64,000 nucleotides of DNA, from contig CAYHBR010000003.1 in assembly GCA_964354985.1 (NCBI GenBank), positions 4,809 through 68,808 of the forward strand, written 5' to 3'. Origin of the DNA: an uncultured Candidatus Saccharibacteria bacterium (GTDB taxonomy: Bacteria; Patescibacteriota; Minisyncoccia; Phycocordibacterales; UBA9973). Positions 47,161-57,900 of the stretch are shown here, piece by piece. Under the pieces are notes generated by a model. That model made no database searches, was not told where the DNA came from, and saw only the letters and a list, made by a program, of their open reading frames with translations. Position 1 is the first letter of the stretch. Each line of letters begins with the position of its first letter. The position numbers were made by a program, and so were the translations under genes.

Positions 47161-47989
47161 ACTTTAATCTTTTCTGTTTTGTTTTAAAATTTTCTTTAGT
47201 AATAACGGGCTGTTTGGTTTTTGCTTCTATTTGTTTACGAGCGCCACCGGCAATACTACCTCCTTCACGAGCTACGATTTTATTTTCCTTCCAATCTTTT
47301 GGTTCACGTTTGTTTGAAATTTCTGTCGTTGCGGTTTCGGCAAGCATGTTTAGTACCAGTTCCAAGTTGGTCATATTGTCGCGCAAGTTTTCTTTTTTCA
47401 ATCCTTTTAGGTTTTTGTATTGTTTTGTTGTCATTCCTGTCCAGGCTTCAGTAATTTCGTTGGTCAGTATCGCAAATTCGATTCCTTCTTTTACTCCACG
47501 TTTTTCCCATTCGTCAGTAAGTGATTTTCTGATTTCAATACTTTTCAATCGCTGATTAATCCATCCTTTTGTATGGCCTTTTTGCAAGTAAGTTTTTAGG
47601 GCACGATTTATGGCAAGCTCTGGGTCAGCTGTTTCTTCAAGTCTCTCGTAGCCGACTCGCGCAAGCCAAAGTTTAAAAGGTTCAGCATTTGGAGAGGGAA
47701 TGGACTGAATAAGACGAAGCACTGTTTCTGTGTCGGCGACGTCGGTCAAATAGTATTTTCCATCAGTAGACTGTATTTTCAGTTGTCCGATTTTATCGGA
47801 CAACTCACTTCCTTCTGTGGTTAGCTTACTTTTCAGGTCATTCCAGTATTTGCGTGGTCTGTCGGTTTTAGTAAGTACCTCAATAATATCGATAATAGAA
47901 AAATACCAAAGCTCTTTTTCTACATCCCAGCTCCTACGGATATTGCGCCCCTCAAACAACGTTATTTTATTATTTGCTGGCTTTTTCAT
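47159..47989 (-). CDS. Bro-N domain protein
   Basis: IRR.WD...E.WYFSI.D, RKYW..LK, LRLIQSIPSP.AEPFK.WLA, LRDNMT.LEL. Confidence 0.9.
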   Translation of the reverse strand: MKKPANNKITLFEGRNIRRSWDVEKELWYFSIIDIIEVLTKTDRPRKYWNDLKSKLTTEGSELSDKIGQLKIQSTDGKYYLTDVADTETVLRLIQSIPSPNAEPFKLWLARVGYERLEETADPELAINRALKTYLQKGHTKGWINQRLKSIEIRKSLTDEWEKRGVKEGIEFAILTNEITEAWTGMTTKQYKNLKGLKKENLRDNMTNLELVLNMLAETATTEISNKREPKDWKENKIVAREGGSIAGGARKQIEAKTKQPVITKENFKTKQKRLK

Positions 47990-48093
47990 ATTGTAAGTAT
48001 ATCAAATTGCAATTAGCGCAAAAAAACAATACTGTGTACAGATTTTTATAATTTCTTAAGCTTTCCTTCATCTCTGTTTTCTATTATATAAAT

Positions 48094-48597
48094 ATGGTGC
48101 AGATAAAAAATGAGCTTATAAAAATTCCCGATGAACGGGTTATAAATAAAATATTTCTAATTCGAGAAAAGAAAGTAATGCTTGATAGAGACTTGGCGGA
48201 GCTTTATGGAGTAAATACGGGCAATTTAAACAAGGCGGTTAGGAGAAACATAGATCGTTTTCCTGATGATTTTATGTTTCAACTTACAATAGAAGAATTG
48301 AGCTCTCTAAGATTCCAATTTGGAATCTTAGAGAGCGGTAGAGGTCAACACCAAAAATATTTGCCCTATGCATTCACTGAGCAGGGTGTCGCTATGTTGT
48401 CGGGTATTTTGAACAGTAAACGTGCGGTTGCGGTCAATATTCAGATAATCCGAACGTTCACAAAATTACGAGAATTACTTGCGACTAACGCACAATTACG
48501 GAAAAAAATTGAGGACATTGAGGAAAAATATGACGAAAATTTTAGCCAGGTGTTCAAGGTACTTAAATTACTACTACAACAAGAAGATGAAAAATAA
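48094..48597 (+). CDS. ORF6N domain DNA-binding protein
   Basis: KVMLDRDLAELYGV, RN..RFP.DFMFQLT, PYAFTEQGVAMLS. Confidence 0.93.
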   Translation: MVQIKNELIKIPDERVINKIFLIREKKVMLDRDLAELYGVNTGNLNKAVRRNIDRFPDDFMFQLTIEELSSLRFQFGILESGRGQHQKYLPYAFTEQGVAMLSGILNSKRAVAVNIQIIRTFTKLRELLATNAQLRKKIEDIEEKYDENFSQVFKVLKLLLQQEDEK

Positions 48598-48689
48598 TCG
48601 AAAGAGCTCATTGGATTTACTTCGTCCTGAAGCTATCTCATATTAAGCGCATTTTGGATACTTTATGCAAGCTGGAGTATACTTTGCAC

Positions 48690-49718
48690 ATGAATCTCGA
48701 AACCCCGCCTCTGCAGGAAGTACAAAAAGAAAAAGCGGAGCAGTTTGTTCCAACAGTCAATTACCAAAAAGAAATTGAGCATTTTCTCGATGCCAACCAC
48801 GCGGCGATGCTTGGTGGTGAGGCATTGGCAAATGCAACTGAGCAGGCGACTTATACTGAAAAAAATTTATGGAATGAAAACACTTCAAGAAAAGAAGTTG
48901 CCTATGATAAGTATAAAAAATCTTTCCTTGTGGACGGCGAAAAGGTAACCCTTGGGCAACTCGTGGCGAGCCGACACTTCAATGAAAATTTTAATATTCC
49001 GACCGACACTGCCAAAACATTTGAAGGTAAGAAACTGCAAAAGACTTATACGGAATACGCAGTGCGTGACGTGCTCACAAAAAGTCTCAATAAAGATTTA
49101 GCCACGATGCTTGCTGAAAAAGCCAAGCGCGAGGATATGTTTAAATCAAAAGCTTATGAAGCTATTGCGAGCAGGGAAGGTAACGGAGAAAAAGAAAATA
49201 AACAGCAGGCAGAAAACAAACAGCTCGGTGTCGTTGCCGAAAAAATGATGCAGGGGATTGCTGAAATGATTGCGCTTGATCGTCCAGACTTGCACCTTGA
49301 AATCCGTCCGGCCAATGCCTTTCAAGATGTCGAAGAAAAAATTGATTTTATCATAACTGCGAAAACAAAAAAACGTGGGGTCGGCATCGAGGCAAGCAAC
49401 ACAAGTGACAAACTAGAAAATAATTACGAGGAGAGAAACTACGGCATTCAGTTTACGGTCAACGCGAGCAAGACTGCACACAAAATGGATCAAATTGAAA
49501 AAGCCCGCGGTCGCGCAACGGATGTTGACGATATTCTTCTTGTTTCTATTGATCAAACGCTCGTTCGCAAGGCACTTGCTGATTGGAATAAAAATGGTCG
49601 CCACTTGAATGGCCCTTTTGGATATATGCCAGAAAATGCCAGACAAGTCATTGTTGAAAAATTATTTGAAGGGGTATTACAAAAAGAAGAAATAGAGAGT
49701 CTGCAAAAAGGAATATAA
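48690..49718 (+). CDS. Hypothetical protein, possible PD-(D/E)xK-like fold
   Basis: G..AE...DVEEKIDFII...GIQFT motif pattern; start MNLE (48690). Confidence 0.75.
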   Translation: MNLETPPLQEVQKEKAEQFVPTVNYQKEIEHFLDANHAAMLGGEALANATEQATYTEKNLWNENTSRKEVAYDKYKKSFLVDGEKVTLGQLVASRHFNENFNIPTDTAKTFEGKKLQKTYTEYAVRDVLTKSLNKDLATMLAEKAKREDMFKSKAYEAIASREGNGEKENKQQAENKQLGVVAEKMMQGIAEMIALDRPDLHLEIRPANAFQDVEEKIDFIITAKTKKRGVGIEASNTSDKLENNYEERNYGIQFTVNASKTAHKMDQIEKARGRATDVDDILLVSIDQTLVRKALADWNKNGRHLNGPFGYMPENARQVIVEKLFEGVLQKEEIESLQKGI

Positions 49719-49752
49719 AATACCAGCAAGTTTTTAAGGTATAATATTTTAC

Positions 49753-50652
49753 ATGGAACCAAACGAGATTAAAAAAGAAGACACTCATTCGACTGAAGTT
49801 CGTCATGGACACGGCAAGGGGGATTCACCGCTACGAACTTATTCTACTGACTTAGCCAAAGCTGTTCGTAAAGACGAGATGGCAGTTATCAAAGTTGCGC
49901 TTGAACAAGAGCTTTTGAGAAAAGAAGAGGAATCGACAAATTCTCCTGCCTCTTCTAGAAACAAAACGTATATAACTCTTGGCATATTAATAATTCTTTT
50001 AACTCTTGGTGGAGTTGCGGGAACTTATTATATTAAAAAAAATCGCACACCTGATGTTGTAATAACTGAAACCAAAATTCCTACCCTGATTAACGCCGAG
50101 GGGACAACGAGTATAGAAGTAGGTGGTCTTGCTGATAGTAAGATTATTGAAATAACAAAAAGCACTATTGCAAATGTCGCCGGACAAGAAAACCAAATTA
50201 CTAACATCTATTTTACTGATTCACGCTCTGGTGCGAAAAAAATTATTCCGACGAATGAATTCCTAGCGGGAATGAAATCGGCAATTCCACAGGCGCTAAT
50301 TCAAACTCTTTCTGCAAACTTTATGCTCGGATTGTTTACAAAAGATAATTTACACCATCCTTTCTTGATTTTAAAAACCAATGATTTCCAAACTGCTTTT
50401 GCCAATATGTACGATTGGGAGAAAAATCTTTTCAGCGACTTTTTCTTACCATTTAGCCTACCTAGCAATGCTGATAACTTCACAACCAAGTGGACCGACT
50501 TATTGGTAGAAAATAAAGACACGAGAGTATTAAAACAAGATGATGGGACAATAATTTTGCTTTATGGATTTGCTGATGATAAAACCCTAATTATCACCGA
50601 TGGCCAGGAAAGCTTCAAAGAGGTAATAACTAGGGTTCAGAGCACCAGATAG
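49753..50652 (+). CDS. Hypothetical single-pass membrane protein
   Basis: LRTY..D N-motif, one TM, AFANMYDWE and NKDTRVL motifs. Confidence 0.8.
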   Translation: MEPNEIKKEDTHSTEVRHGHGKGDSPLRTYSTDLAKAVRKDEMAVIKVALEQELLRKEEESTNSPASSRNKTYITLGILIILLTLGGVAGTYYIKKNRTPDVVITETKIPTLINAEGTTSIEVGGLADSKIIEITKSTIANVAGQENQITNIYFTDSRSGAKKIIPTNEFLAGMKSAIPQALIQTLSANFMLGLFTKDNLHHPFLILKTNDFQTAFANMYDWEKNLFSDFFLPFSLPSNADNFTTKWTDLLVENKDTRVLKQDDGTIILLYGFADDKTLIITDGQESFKEVITRVQSTR

Positions 50653-50692
50653 TTTCTTATTGATTTCAACTGTTTGTGGTATAGTATTCGAT

Positions 50693-51046
50693 ATGAAAAA
50701 CGACGCAATGCGCAAAAAACTAGAAGAAGAGAAGGTTATTTTAATCAATGAATTGAAAGAAATTGGTGTCGTCGTTGATGCCGAAACAGGTGACTGGGAA
50801 GCGGTACCGGAGAAGCAGATGCCGACTGCAGACGACAATGACCTAGCTGACAAGTTTGAGTCTTACGAAGAAAGAAGTGATATGCTGAAAACCCTCGAAA
50901 CACGTTTCAGAGAAATCACTTCCGCACTCGCAAAGATGGACAGCTCGGGTTTTGGAATTTGTGAAGTCTGCAGAGCTCCGATCGAGTCCGACAGAATGGA
51001 AGCCAATCCAGCAGCTGGTACATGTAAAGCACATATGAATAAGTAG
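50693..51046 (+). CDS. TraR/DksA C4-type zinc-finger protein
   Basis: Coiled coil with DDNDLA tip; GICEVC...RMEANP.A.TC..H. Confidence 0.9.
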   Translation: MKNDAMRKKLEEEKVILINELKEIGVVVDAETGDWEAVPEKQMPTADDNDLADKFESYEERSDMLKTLETRFREITSALAKMDSSGFGICEVCRAPIESDRMEANPAAGTCKAHMNK

Positions 51047-51048
51047 TT

Positions 51049-51091
51049 AAACGAAAAATCCCGCATCGAATGATGCGGGATTTTTCGTTTA
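51049..51091. terminator. Intrinsic terminator
   Basis: AAACGAAAAATCCCGCATC-gaat-GATGCGGGATTTTTCGTTT. Confidence 0.85.
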
Positions 51092-51148
51092 TAAATTTCT
51101 TTAGAAAAAATTTATCACGCCTTCATCTCACCTAAATAAAATATTCGT

Positions 51149-52690
51149 ATGGCATTTTCAAAAGTATTTGGCGCACAAGTCACAGGACTACACGGTAGTA
51201 TTGTCAGGGTAGAAGTCGACCGCACTCGCGGATTACATACATTCAACATTGTTGGACTAGCCAGCAAAGCAGTAGATGAATCACGCGAAAGAGTATCTTC
51301 TGCTTTAAAAAATTCGGGTTTTGAAAATATAAAATCTCAAAACCAAAAAATAATTTTGTCTCTTTCTCCGTCTGACTTACGAAAAGAAGGCTCTTTTTTT
51401 GACATAGCAATGGCCATTGCGCTACTCCTTTCAAGTGGCGAGCTACGCGCTAAAACTGATGAAATAATTTTTGTCGGAGAACTTTCTCTGGACGGTAGCC
51501 TGCGTCCTGTTCGCGGAATATTGCCGATAGCGATTGAAGCAAATAAAGCTGGTTTTAAAACAATTATTGTCCCGCAAGAAAATGCAGACGAAGCCAGTTT
51601 GGTCGATGAAATAAAAGTATTTGGCGCAAAAAATATAATAGAGATTGTTTCAGCTTTAGAAAAAAACATAATTCCGGAACACCACCGCGACGACGTCGAT
51701 ATTATCACAGAAAAACAGGAAATAGACTTTGCGGATATTTGCGGACAAGAAAGTGCAAAGCGTGGACTTGTTGTTGCAGCTGCAGGAGGACACAATGTTC
51801 TTATGTTCGGACCTCCTGGAACAGGTAAAACAATGCTCTCAAAAGCTTTCGCCGGAATACTACCACCACTTTCCCGGGCTGATGCGCTTTCTGTAACAGG
51901 AATTCATTCAGCTGTCGGCAAACTAAAACAAACTCTTATCAATTTTCCTCCTATCAGATCGCCTCACCATTCCTCATCTTACACAGCAATGATTGGCGGA
52001 GGTGCTTACCCAAAACCAGGGGAAGTTACCCTCGCACACAAAGGAATCTTGTTTCTTGATGAATTCCCAGAATTCGACCGTCGAGTAATAGAGTCACTCC
52101 GAGAACCACTCGAAGAACATGTTGTAAATATTTCAAGGTCAAAAAATTCTGAAACTTTCCCTTCACATTTTATTTTAATAACCGCAATGAATCCCTGTCC
52201 ATGTGGTTTTTATGGCTCAAAAATACGCAATTGCTCTTGTTCTCCCTACGACATTATTCGTTATCGAAAAAAAATATCTGGGCCAATATTAGACCGAATA
52301 GATATAACCTTGCCGATTGAACATATTTCTTATGACAAATTGAGTGAAATAAATAAAGTAATAGGAAAAGACAAAGCGATGACCTCGATTGAAATACGCG
52401 AGCAAGTGATGTGTGCCCGAACAAGACAAAAACAAAGACTGCGGTCGCTTGGTATAGACAAAGAAACAAACTCCGAACTCAATTCAAAGGAATTGGAGAA
52501 ATCAGCTCCACTTTCAGAGCCAATCAGAATGCTTTTAAATTTAAGCGCGGAAAAATTGGCACTTTCTGTGCGCGCATATCATAGAGTAATTCGTATTGCT
52601 CGAACTATTGCGGATCTAGAAGATTCAGAGAAAATATCCGAGCGCCATATTCTCGAAGCCTTGCAATATAGACCGAAAATTATGAACTAA
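51149..52690 (+). CDS. comM: ComM/YifB AAA+ ATPase
   Basis: GELSLDG, GPPGTGKT, RSPHH, PGEVTLAH.G.LFLDE, MNPCPCG. Confidence 0.95.
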   Translation: MAFSKVFGAQVTGLHGSIVRVEVDRTRGLHTFNIVGLASKAVDESRERVSSALKNSGFENIKSQNQKIILSLSPSDLRKEGSFFDIAMAIALLLSSGELRAKTDEIIFVGELSLDGSLRPVRGILPIAIEANKAGFKTIIVPQENADEASLVDEIKVFGAKNIIEIVSALEKNIIPEHHRDDVDIITEKQEIDFADICGQESAKRGLVVAAAGGHNVLMFGPPGTGKTMLSKAFAGILPPLSRADALSVTGIHSAVGKLKQTLINFPPIRSPHHSSSYTAMIGGGAYPKPGEVTLAHKGILFLDEFPEFDRRVIESLREPLEEHVVNISRSKNSETFPSHFILITAMNPCPCGFYGSKIRNCSCSPYDIIRYRKKISGPILDRIDITLPIEHISYDKLSEINKVIGKDKAMTSIEIREQVMCARTRQKQRLRSLGIDKETNSELNSKELEKSAPLSEPIRMLLNLSAEKLALSVRAYHRVIRIARTIADLEDSEKISERHILEALQYRPKIMN

Positions 52691-52708
52691 AAAACCTTAC
52701 CTGAGAAT

Positions 52709-53896
52709 TTATTCGCAAGACTTCAAGCAATTGTTTGGCGCACCGCGAACTTCATAGTGAACGTGTGGTCCAGTAGAGCGACCAGTTGATCCAACAAGTC
52801 CTATTATCTGACCCTGAGTCACAACTTCGCCGATTTCAACTTTAGTTGATGTCATGTGAGCATACAATGTTTGTATTCCACCTTCGTGCTCAATGGCAAC
52901 ATATTTACCATAGCCACCATTATAACCAGTCGGTTTTACGAGAATAACTGTGCCGGAAGAAGAAGCTAAAATAGGTGTTCCTATTGGAGCAGCAATATCT
53001 ATTGCCCACTTGTCGTGCATCCCCTGGGAAAGTCTTCCTATTCCAATTTCTATTGGACGGATAAAATCTGAGCTATCGCCAACACTTGTTTTTGGCCTAA
53101 CAAGCGTTCCAAATATTGGAGACGGGGCAGTAGGTGTGTCTGTTTCTTGAATATCCAATTTTTCAGGAATATTAATTTTTTCCGGAGTAATTTTTACTGG
53201 AATAGTAGTTGTCTTAGCTTGAGCAGTCACTGTTTGAGGCTGAGAAAGTTCTGCCCCTGGAATAATTATCTTTTTACCGGCAATTAAAGTTTTGTCGCTT
53301 ATATCATTGTAGTCGCGAATATCTGAAATCTCTGATCCATATTTTGTCGCTATGTCCGAGATAGTGTCACCTTTGCGTACAGTGTACTGAATACCGGAAA
53401 CAGGTAAAATAGCCAAAACGTCACCTACAACGAGCGCACCCTTTCGGTCTAGGTTATTTGCCCAAATAACAGTATTGATAGAAACTCCAAATTTACCAGC
53501 AATCGACGAGATAGTGTCTCCGCTTTTTACTTTATAGGTTTGAATAGTTACGTTCCCCGTGTCTTCGGACACAGAACTGTTTGAGGAAAAAGATTCTGGA
53601 TCGTCTGAAAGAGGGTTGTCGTTTGCAATAAGAGCTGACTCATCCGTTATATTATCAATTCCGCCCTGACCATTTAAAGTAGGAGAGAAGGATGCTTCCA
53701 AGATTCTCATTTTTTGAATTGGGGTCTGATTTTCAACAACAGTCTTGCCTGAAGCTGTTTTAAACAAAGAAAATACACTAGCTTTGGCAATGCCGACGGA
53801 GGAAGTAGAGGCGACTAAAATTACCGCAAGTGGGAAAATACTAGCAGAATTTCTAAATAGTCTTATGAATGAAGGGTTTTTTGACGAACCCGGCAT
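52709..53896 (-). CDS. LysM (x2) plus M23 peptidase
   Basis: YKVKSGDTISSIA, YTVRKGDTISDIA; H...IDIAA, YAH, GSTGRSTGPHVHYE. Confidence 0.95.
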   Translation of the reverse strand: MPGSSKNPSFIRLFRNSASIFPLAVILVASTSSVGIAKASVFSLFKTASGKTVVENQTPIQKMRILEASFSPTLNGQGGIDNITDESALIANDNPLSDDPESFSSNSSVSEDTGNVTIQTYKVKSGDTISSIAGKFGVSINTVIWANNLDRKGALVVGDVLAILPVSGIQYTVRKGDTISDIATKYGSEISDIRDYNDISDKTLIAGKKIIIPGAELSQPQTVTAQAKTTTIPVKITPEKINIPEKLDIQETDTPTAPSPIFGTLVRPKTSVGDSSDFIRPIEIGIGRLSQGMHDKWAIDIAAPIGTPILASSSGTVILVKPTGYNGGYGKYVAIEHEGGIQTLYAHMTSTKVEIGEVVTQGQIIGLVGSTGRSTGPHVHYEVRGAPNNCLKSCE

Positions 53897-54245
53897 TTTT
53901 TTAGGTGAGGGTAAAATAAGCCTAATTATTTTATTCCTTCGATTTGCTTCTAAAAAAGGATGTTTTTCCTTCCTTTAGAGCGCGTAGAGTCCGACCATAG
54001 GTGCTCTCCGCTACAAAACAAGGAATATAAGGGTATTTCTGGACTTTCTGAAAAAAGCGTTATTATATAAGGCTTTTATGCAACCGTAATCAACGTCTTT
54101 CCTGTGGTAAAGATATGGTAACGCGCCAAAAAGCTGGAGTCAACGGGGTGCGTGTGTTGTAATTTTTCTTGCAATTTTGCAGATTTAATATTTACCAACA
54201 TCTTTTCCGACAACAGCAGGCTTCGGCTGATATAATAAATGACAT

Positions 54246-54929
54246 ATGACACACGAATTCACTAATGACGATGGTGCCCCCGTCAAAAACGAGGAAGCGA
54301 CAGCATCCCCGACCGACAACAAAGAGAATCTTGCAAATATTTCGGACGAAAAATCAAAACAGACAACTGCCGTAAACGACGAACTGATCGGTCTTGAAAT
54401 GTTACTAAAAAGCAAAGAAGCCAGCCTCAAAGAAAAGGAAGGGAAAATAGCAGAACTGAAAGGGCGAATAATGTCCTCAATAAACATCGCTCCTTTAAAA
54501 GAAGCAGGAGAAGACCGTGAGAAAAAAGCAGAGGAGTATATCTCAAACGAAGAAATAGAAGCGGAAATAATGGAGCAATTGAGCCCACTTTTTCAGGCAA
54601 ACAAATGGGAGGTAAACGAATTTAAAATCTCTCCCTCGAGTGATAGTCTCCATATATATTTATCGGTAATGACAAAGAACGGGCTTTCAGAAAAAGTTAA
54701 TTGCTATGTTAAGCTAAGCAATGATGGTCTTGGAATTTCTCCGGTTGAGAAAAAAACAAAAGTAACCGTAAATAATATTTTTATCAAGAAAAAAATAAAG
54801 TCGGAAATCGAAATGCCCTTTGATGAGATAACCAGAAACATATTAGAATATCTCGAAACAAAAAAGTATAATAAGAAGGTTAAACAAATAATGATCTCGG
54901 GCGGTAAATTGAAAGTAATGTTTGCGTAA
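54246..54929 (+). CDS. Hypothetical coiled-coil protein
   Basis: 227-aa ORF, TATAAT at 54231; 5 nt from next gene. Confidence 0.75.
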   Translation: MTHEFTNDDGAPVKNEEATASPTDNKENLANISDEKSKQTTAVNDELIGLEMLLKSKEASLKEKEGKIAELKGRIMSSINIAPLKEAGEDREKKAEEYISNEEIEAEIMEQLSPLFQANKWEVNEFKISPSSDSLHIYLSVMTKNGLSEKVNCYVKLSNDGLGISPVEKKTKVTVNNIFIKKKIKSEIEMPFDEITRNILEYLETKKYNKKVKQIMISGGKLKVMFA

Positions 54930-54934
54930 GAAAT

Positions 54935-57900
54935 ATGAACGAAAATAAACCACTCAAAAATGAATACGGCAATAACGATAATGAAAAAATCAATGAAGAA
55001 TTGCGCAACTTGGAATCTGAAATAAATAACGACAAAAAAGATATTGAGGATTTGAAAGCAAAAAAGGAAGAAATCCTAAGCAAAAAACCGATTGACCCGA
55101 TGAATATATCTGATGATGACATTGAAAGAATATCTAAAAAGATTGCAAACGAGGCTCACGCTAAATTTACCAACACTGAGAAAAAAGATGATGGTATTTC
55201 AGTCGGCAAAGAGACTATCGCTATTCCGAAAGGCCGAATACAGGAGCTTGTTGACAATGGGATGAAAAAGTCTGAAGCGATAGAAGAGGCAAAGAAAGAA
55301 ATACTTGAAAAGTTAGACAGCAGTGCAAACAATCAAAATGAAACAAACAACATTAAGCAAGAGAAAGTAAAGCAAGCTGACAAAAAAGAAAATGTCGTAG
55401 AAGCACCAAAGCTGAAACTCGAGGGCGAGACATTTATTATCAACGGACAAGCTGTGACAGTAGAAAGTACACAGGGTAATGGTAAGTTTATGGTTCGTAG
55501 CATTTCTACTGGAAAAATTGAGCAAGTTGATTCTAAGGAAATAGAGAATTCCGCAAAAGAAAGGGACATTGGTCTGAAGGAAAAATTTAAAAATCGTTTT
55601 GGTTTTTCTGAAAAGGAGATCTTGGAGCTTGACCAAAATCCTGAATACCAAAAACTTTCTTTCGGACAAAAGCGTTTTGTGCTCGACTCACTCACCACTT
55701 CAACTATCGAGAAAATTGAGGAAGTTTCTGATAAAAACTACAAGCAAAAAACTGCCAGCAAGGGTTTTTTTGGCCGATTCGTCAACAACATGTTTAGAGA
55801 GACAAAAATGTCTGGCGTAAGGAAACGTGTTTATGATGAAATAAAAAATGGTGGTTACGAAAATCAAAAAGAAAGCATCAATGCTATCATTGCTCGCGCT
55901 GATGCGATGGGTGTACCAATGATAGAAAACGAAAAAGGTGAGCTTGAAGTACAATATGCGGAACAGATAACAGGAATGCTGAAAAACAACCCGAAGTCTC
56001 TGTGGGCGCAAAGAGCATTCAACCAAGCGGCGACAGATCTTCACAATATTCCGCCAGAGTGGGAAAGCGAAACAGCAACAAGAGGGCAAAGAGCAGAAGC
56101 TAAAGTTCGAAAAGATATTTACGACGCAAGGAGACAAGCTTGTTTTTCTTTTAACAAAGACGGCGGTGAGATAGCTTCAGAAGAAATGCTTGAGCAATCT
56201 TCACTTGTTGACTGCAAGGTAAACCTCAACAGACTGATGAATTCGAATCCGGGAAATGAGAAAATGCTCAACCAGCTCAATCGATATTCATCTGGTGGGA
56301 TTTTAAAAAATATAGCTAAAGATCTAATTTTTAAAGAAAATCGTCTGACAAATATGGGAATTGGAATGGGAATAAGAGGTATAACAAAATATTTCGAAGT
56401 CGCAGGACTTGCTTCTGCCGGAATAGTCTCTGGCGCTGTCGGGGGAATAAAGGGATATGACAAGGCAAGAAACATGGTTCGTGATGACGAAAACAAACTC
56501 CGTCGCGGAGCGGAAACCGACTCCAAAGGCCGAGCATCGGAAATGCTCAAATTAGAGGAAAGAAGCAAAGGGGCAAAACACAATAGTTATATCGACAAAA
56601 TAAATGGCATTATCAAAAAAATCGAGACGGCCGATGAAAAAGGTGACGAGGAAAGTGCTGTGTTTTATAAAACAATGCTCAAAAATCGCGTGGACTATGC
56701 GCTTGACCGAGCTAGTAAAGGTAAAGTTACTTTTGGCGACAGCAGTGTTCGTCTGGGAAATCAGGCAGCTTTTACTTCTGCGATAAATATGGGTGCTTCA
56801 TATAGTCTCGCTGCAGACCCGAAAATTATGGAAAAATACCAAGAGCGAATGACTGGTCTTATTGAAAACGATCTTTCTAAAGATGCGGGAAAAAGAGCTG
56901 AGCAAAAAAAGTTTGTCAGGAATTTTACCATCAGAAACGCCGCTCTCGGCGTCGCATTTGGAATGGTTGGTTATGCCGCCAGAGATGTCATAAATGCACT
57001 TCGTGAAGCCGGGGGAGTTGAGCATATTGCCGAAGCAATAAAAAATACTGGCACTGTCCCTGCAACGGAAATACCAAATACGACTATTCCTCCACACGAA
57101 CCTTTTACTATCAAACACGAAATCCCGGGCGATGCCTACATAAAGAAAGGCGAGGGGATTGAAAATGCGCTCCGTAGGCAAATCGAACACAATCCTGATA
57201 TGGCAAAAAAACTTGGTTGGGACGGCAAAACTCCACTTCACAAATTCTCTGGTGGTGCTGCCCACAGACTTGCCACAGAAGAGGGTTATGTTGATCCAAA
57301 AACTGGAAGCGAGACTCGTGTAAGGTTTACTGGTGACAAAGATTCTTTTTATGAAATAAAAAAACAAGCTGACGGTTCTTATGACATAGAAGAAGGAAAT
57401 GGTAGTACTTACGCTGATAGCGACACCAATGAATATATTTACAAAAACGGAGTTAAAACTGGGGTCATAGAACAACAAAGTTTGACTGGCACTGAAGTCG
57501 AAACAAACGACGGAAATATCGAGGCAAACGACGCCGTATCTGAAACAAATGATGGAACGGTAGAGACCAACGATGGTAATATTGAAACCAACGACGGCAA
57601 TGTCGAAACTAAAATCTCACCAGAAGCAGAAAGCCATGCTTCTTCTGTCGCAAAAGTTCAATATGGAAAATCACTCAACAATAGTGAGCACGTCGGAGAT
57701 GGTACAAGACACAGAAACTACCTCACGCCACAAAAATCAGACAATAGTCAGTGGGAAAACTATGTAGCCAACAAAAAAAATCACGGCTCAAATTATTTAA
57801 CACCACAAGGCCAAAATGCTTATTACCAACAAGGCAATTCTGAAAACTTTATACAAAACGATAAATTTGGTTTTCCTCGTTCACACAACGGTGAGTATTT

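Noticed and set aside
41388-48597. Prophage or integron (tyrosine recombinase plus Bro-N/ORF6N)
   Set aside because: The recombinase looks like a housekeeping Xer without the IntI insertion; no structural phage genes, att repeats or attC sites; rpsO and pnp lie between
53897-54115. c-di-AMP (ydaO) riboswitch
   Set aside because: Hallmark GCUGAA and GGGGGA...CCCG segments not found
57497-57610. 21-bp repeats as CRISPR or DGR repeats
   Set aside because: No spacers; in-frame coding repeats with mostly synonymous variation; no reverse transcriptase nearby
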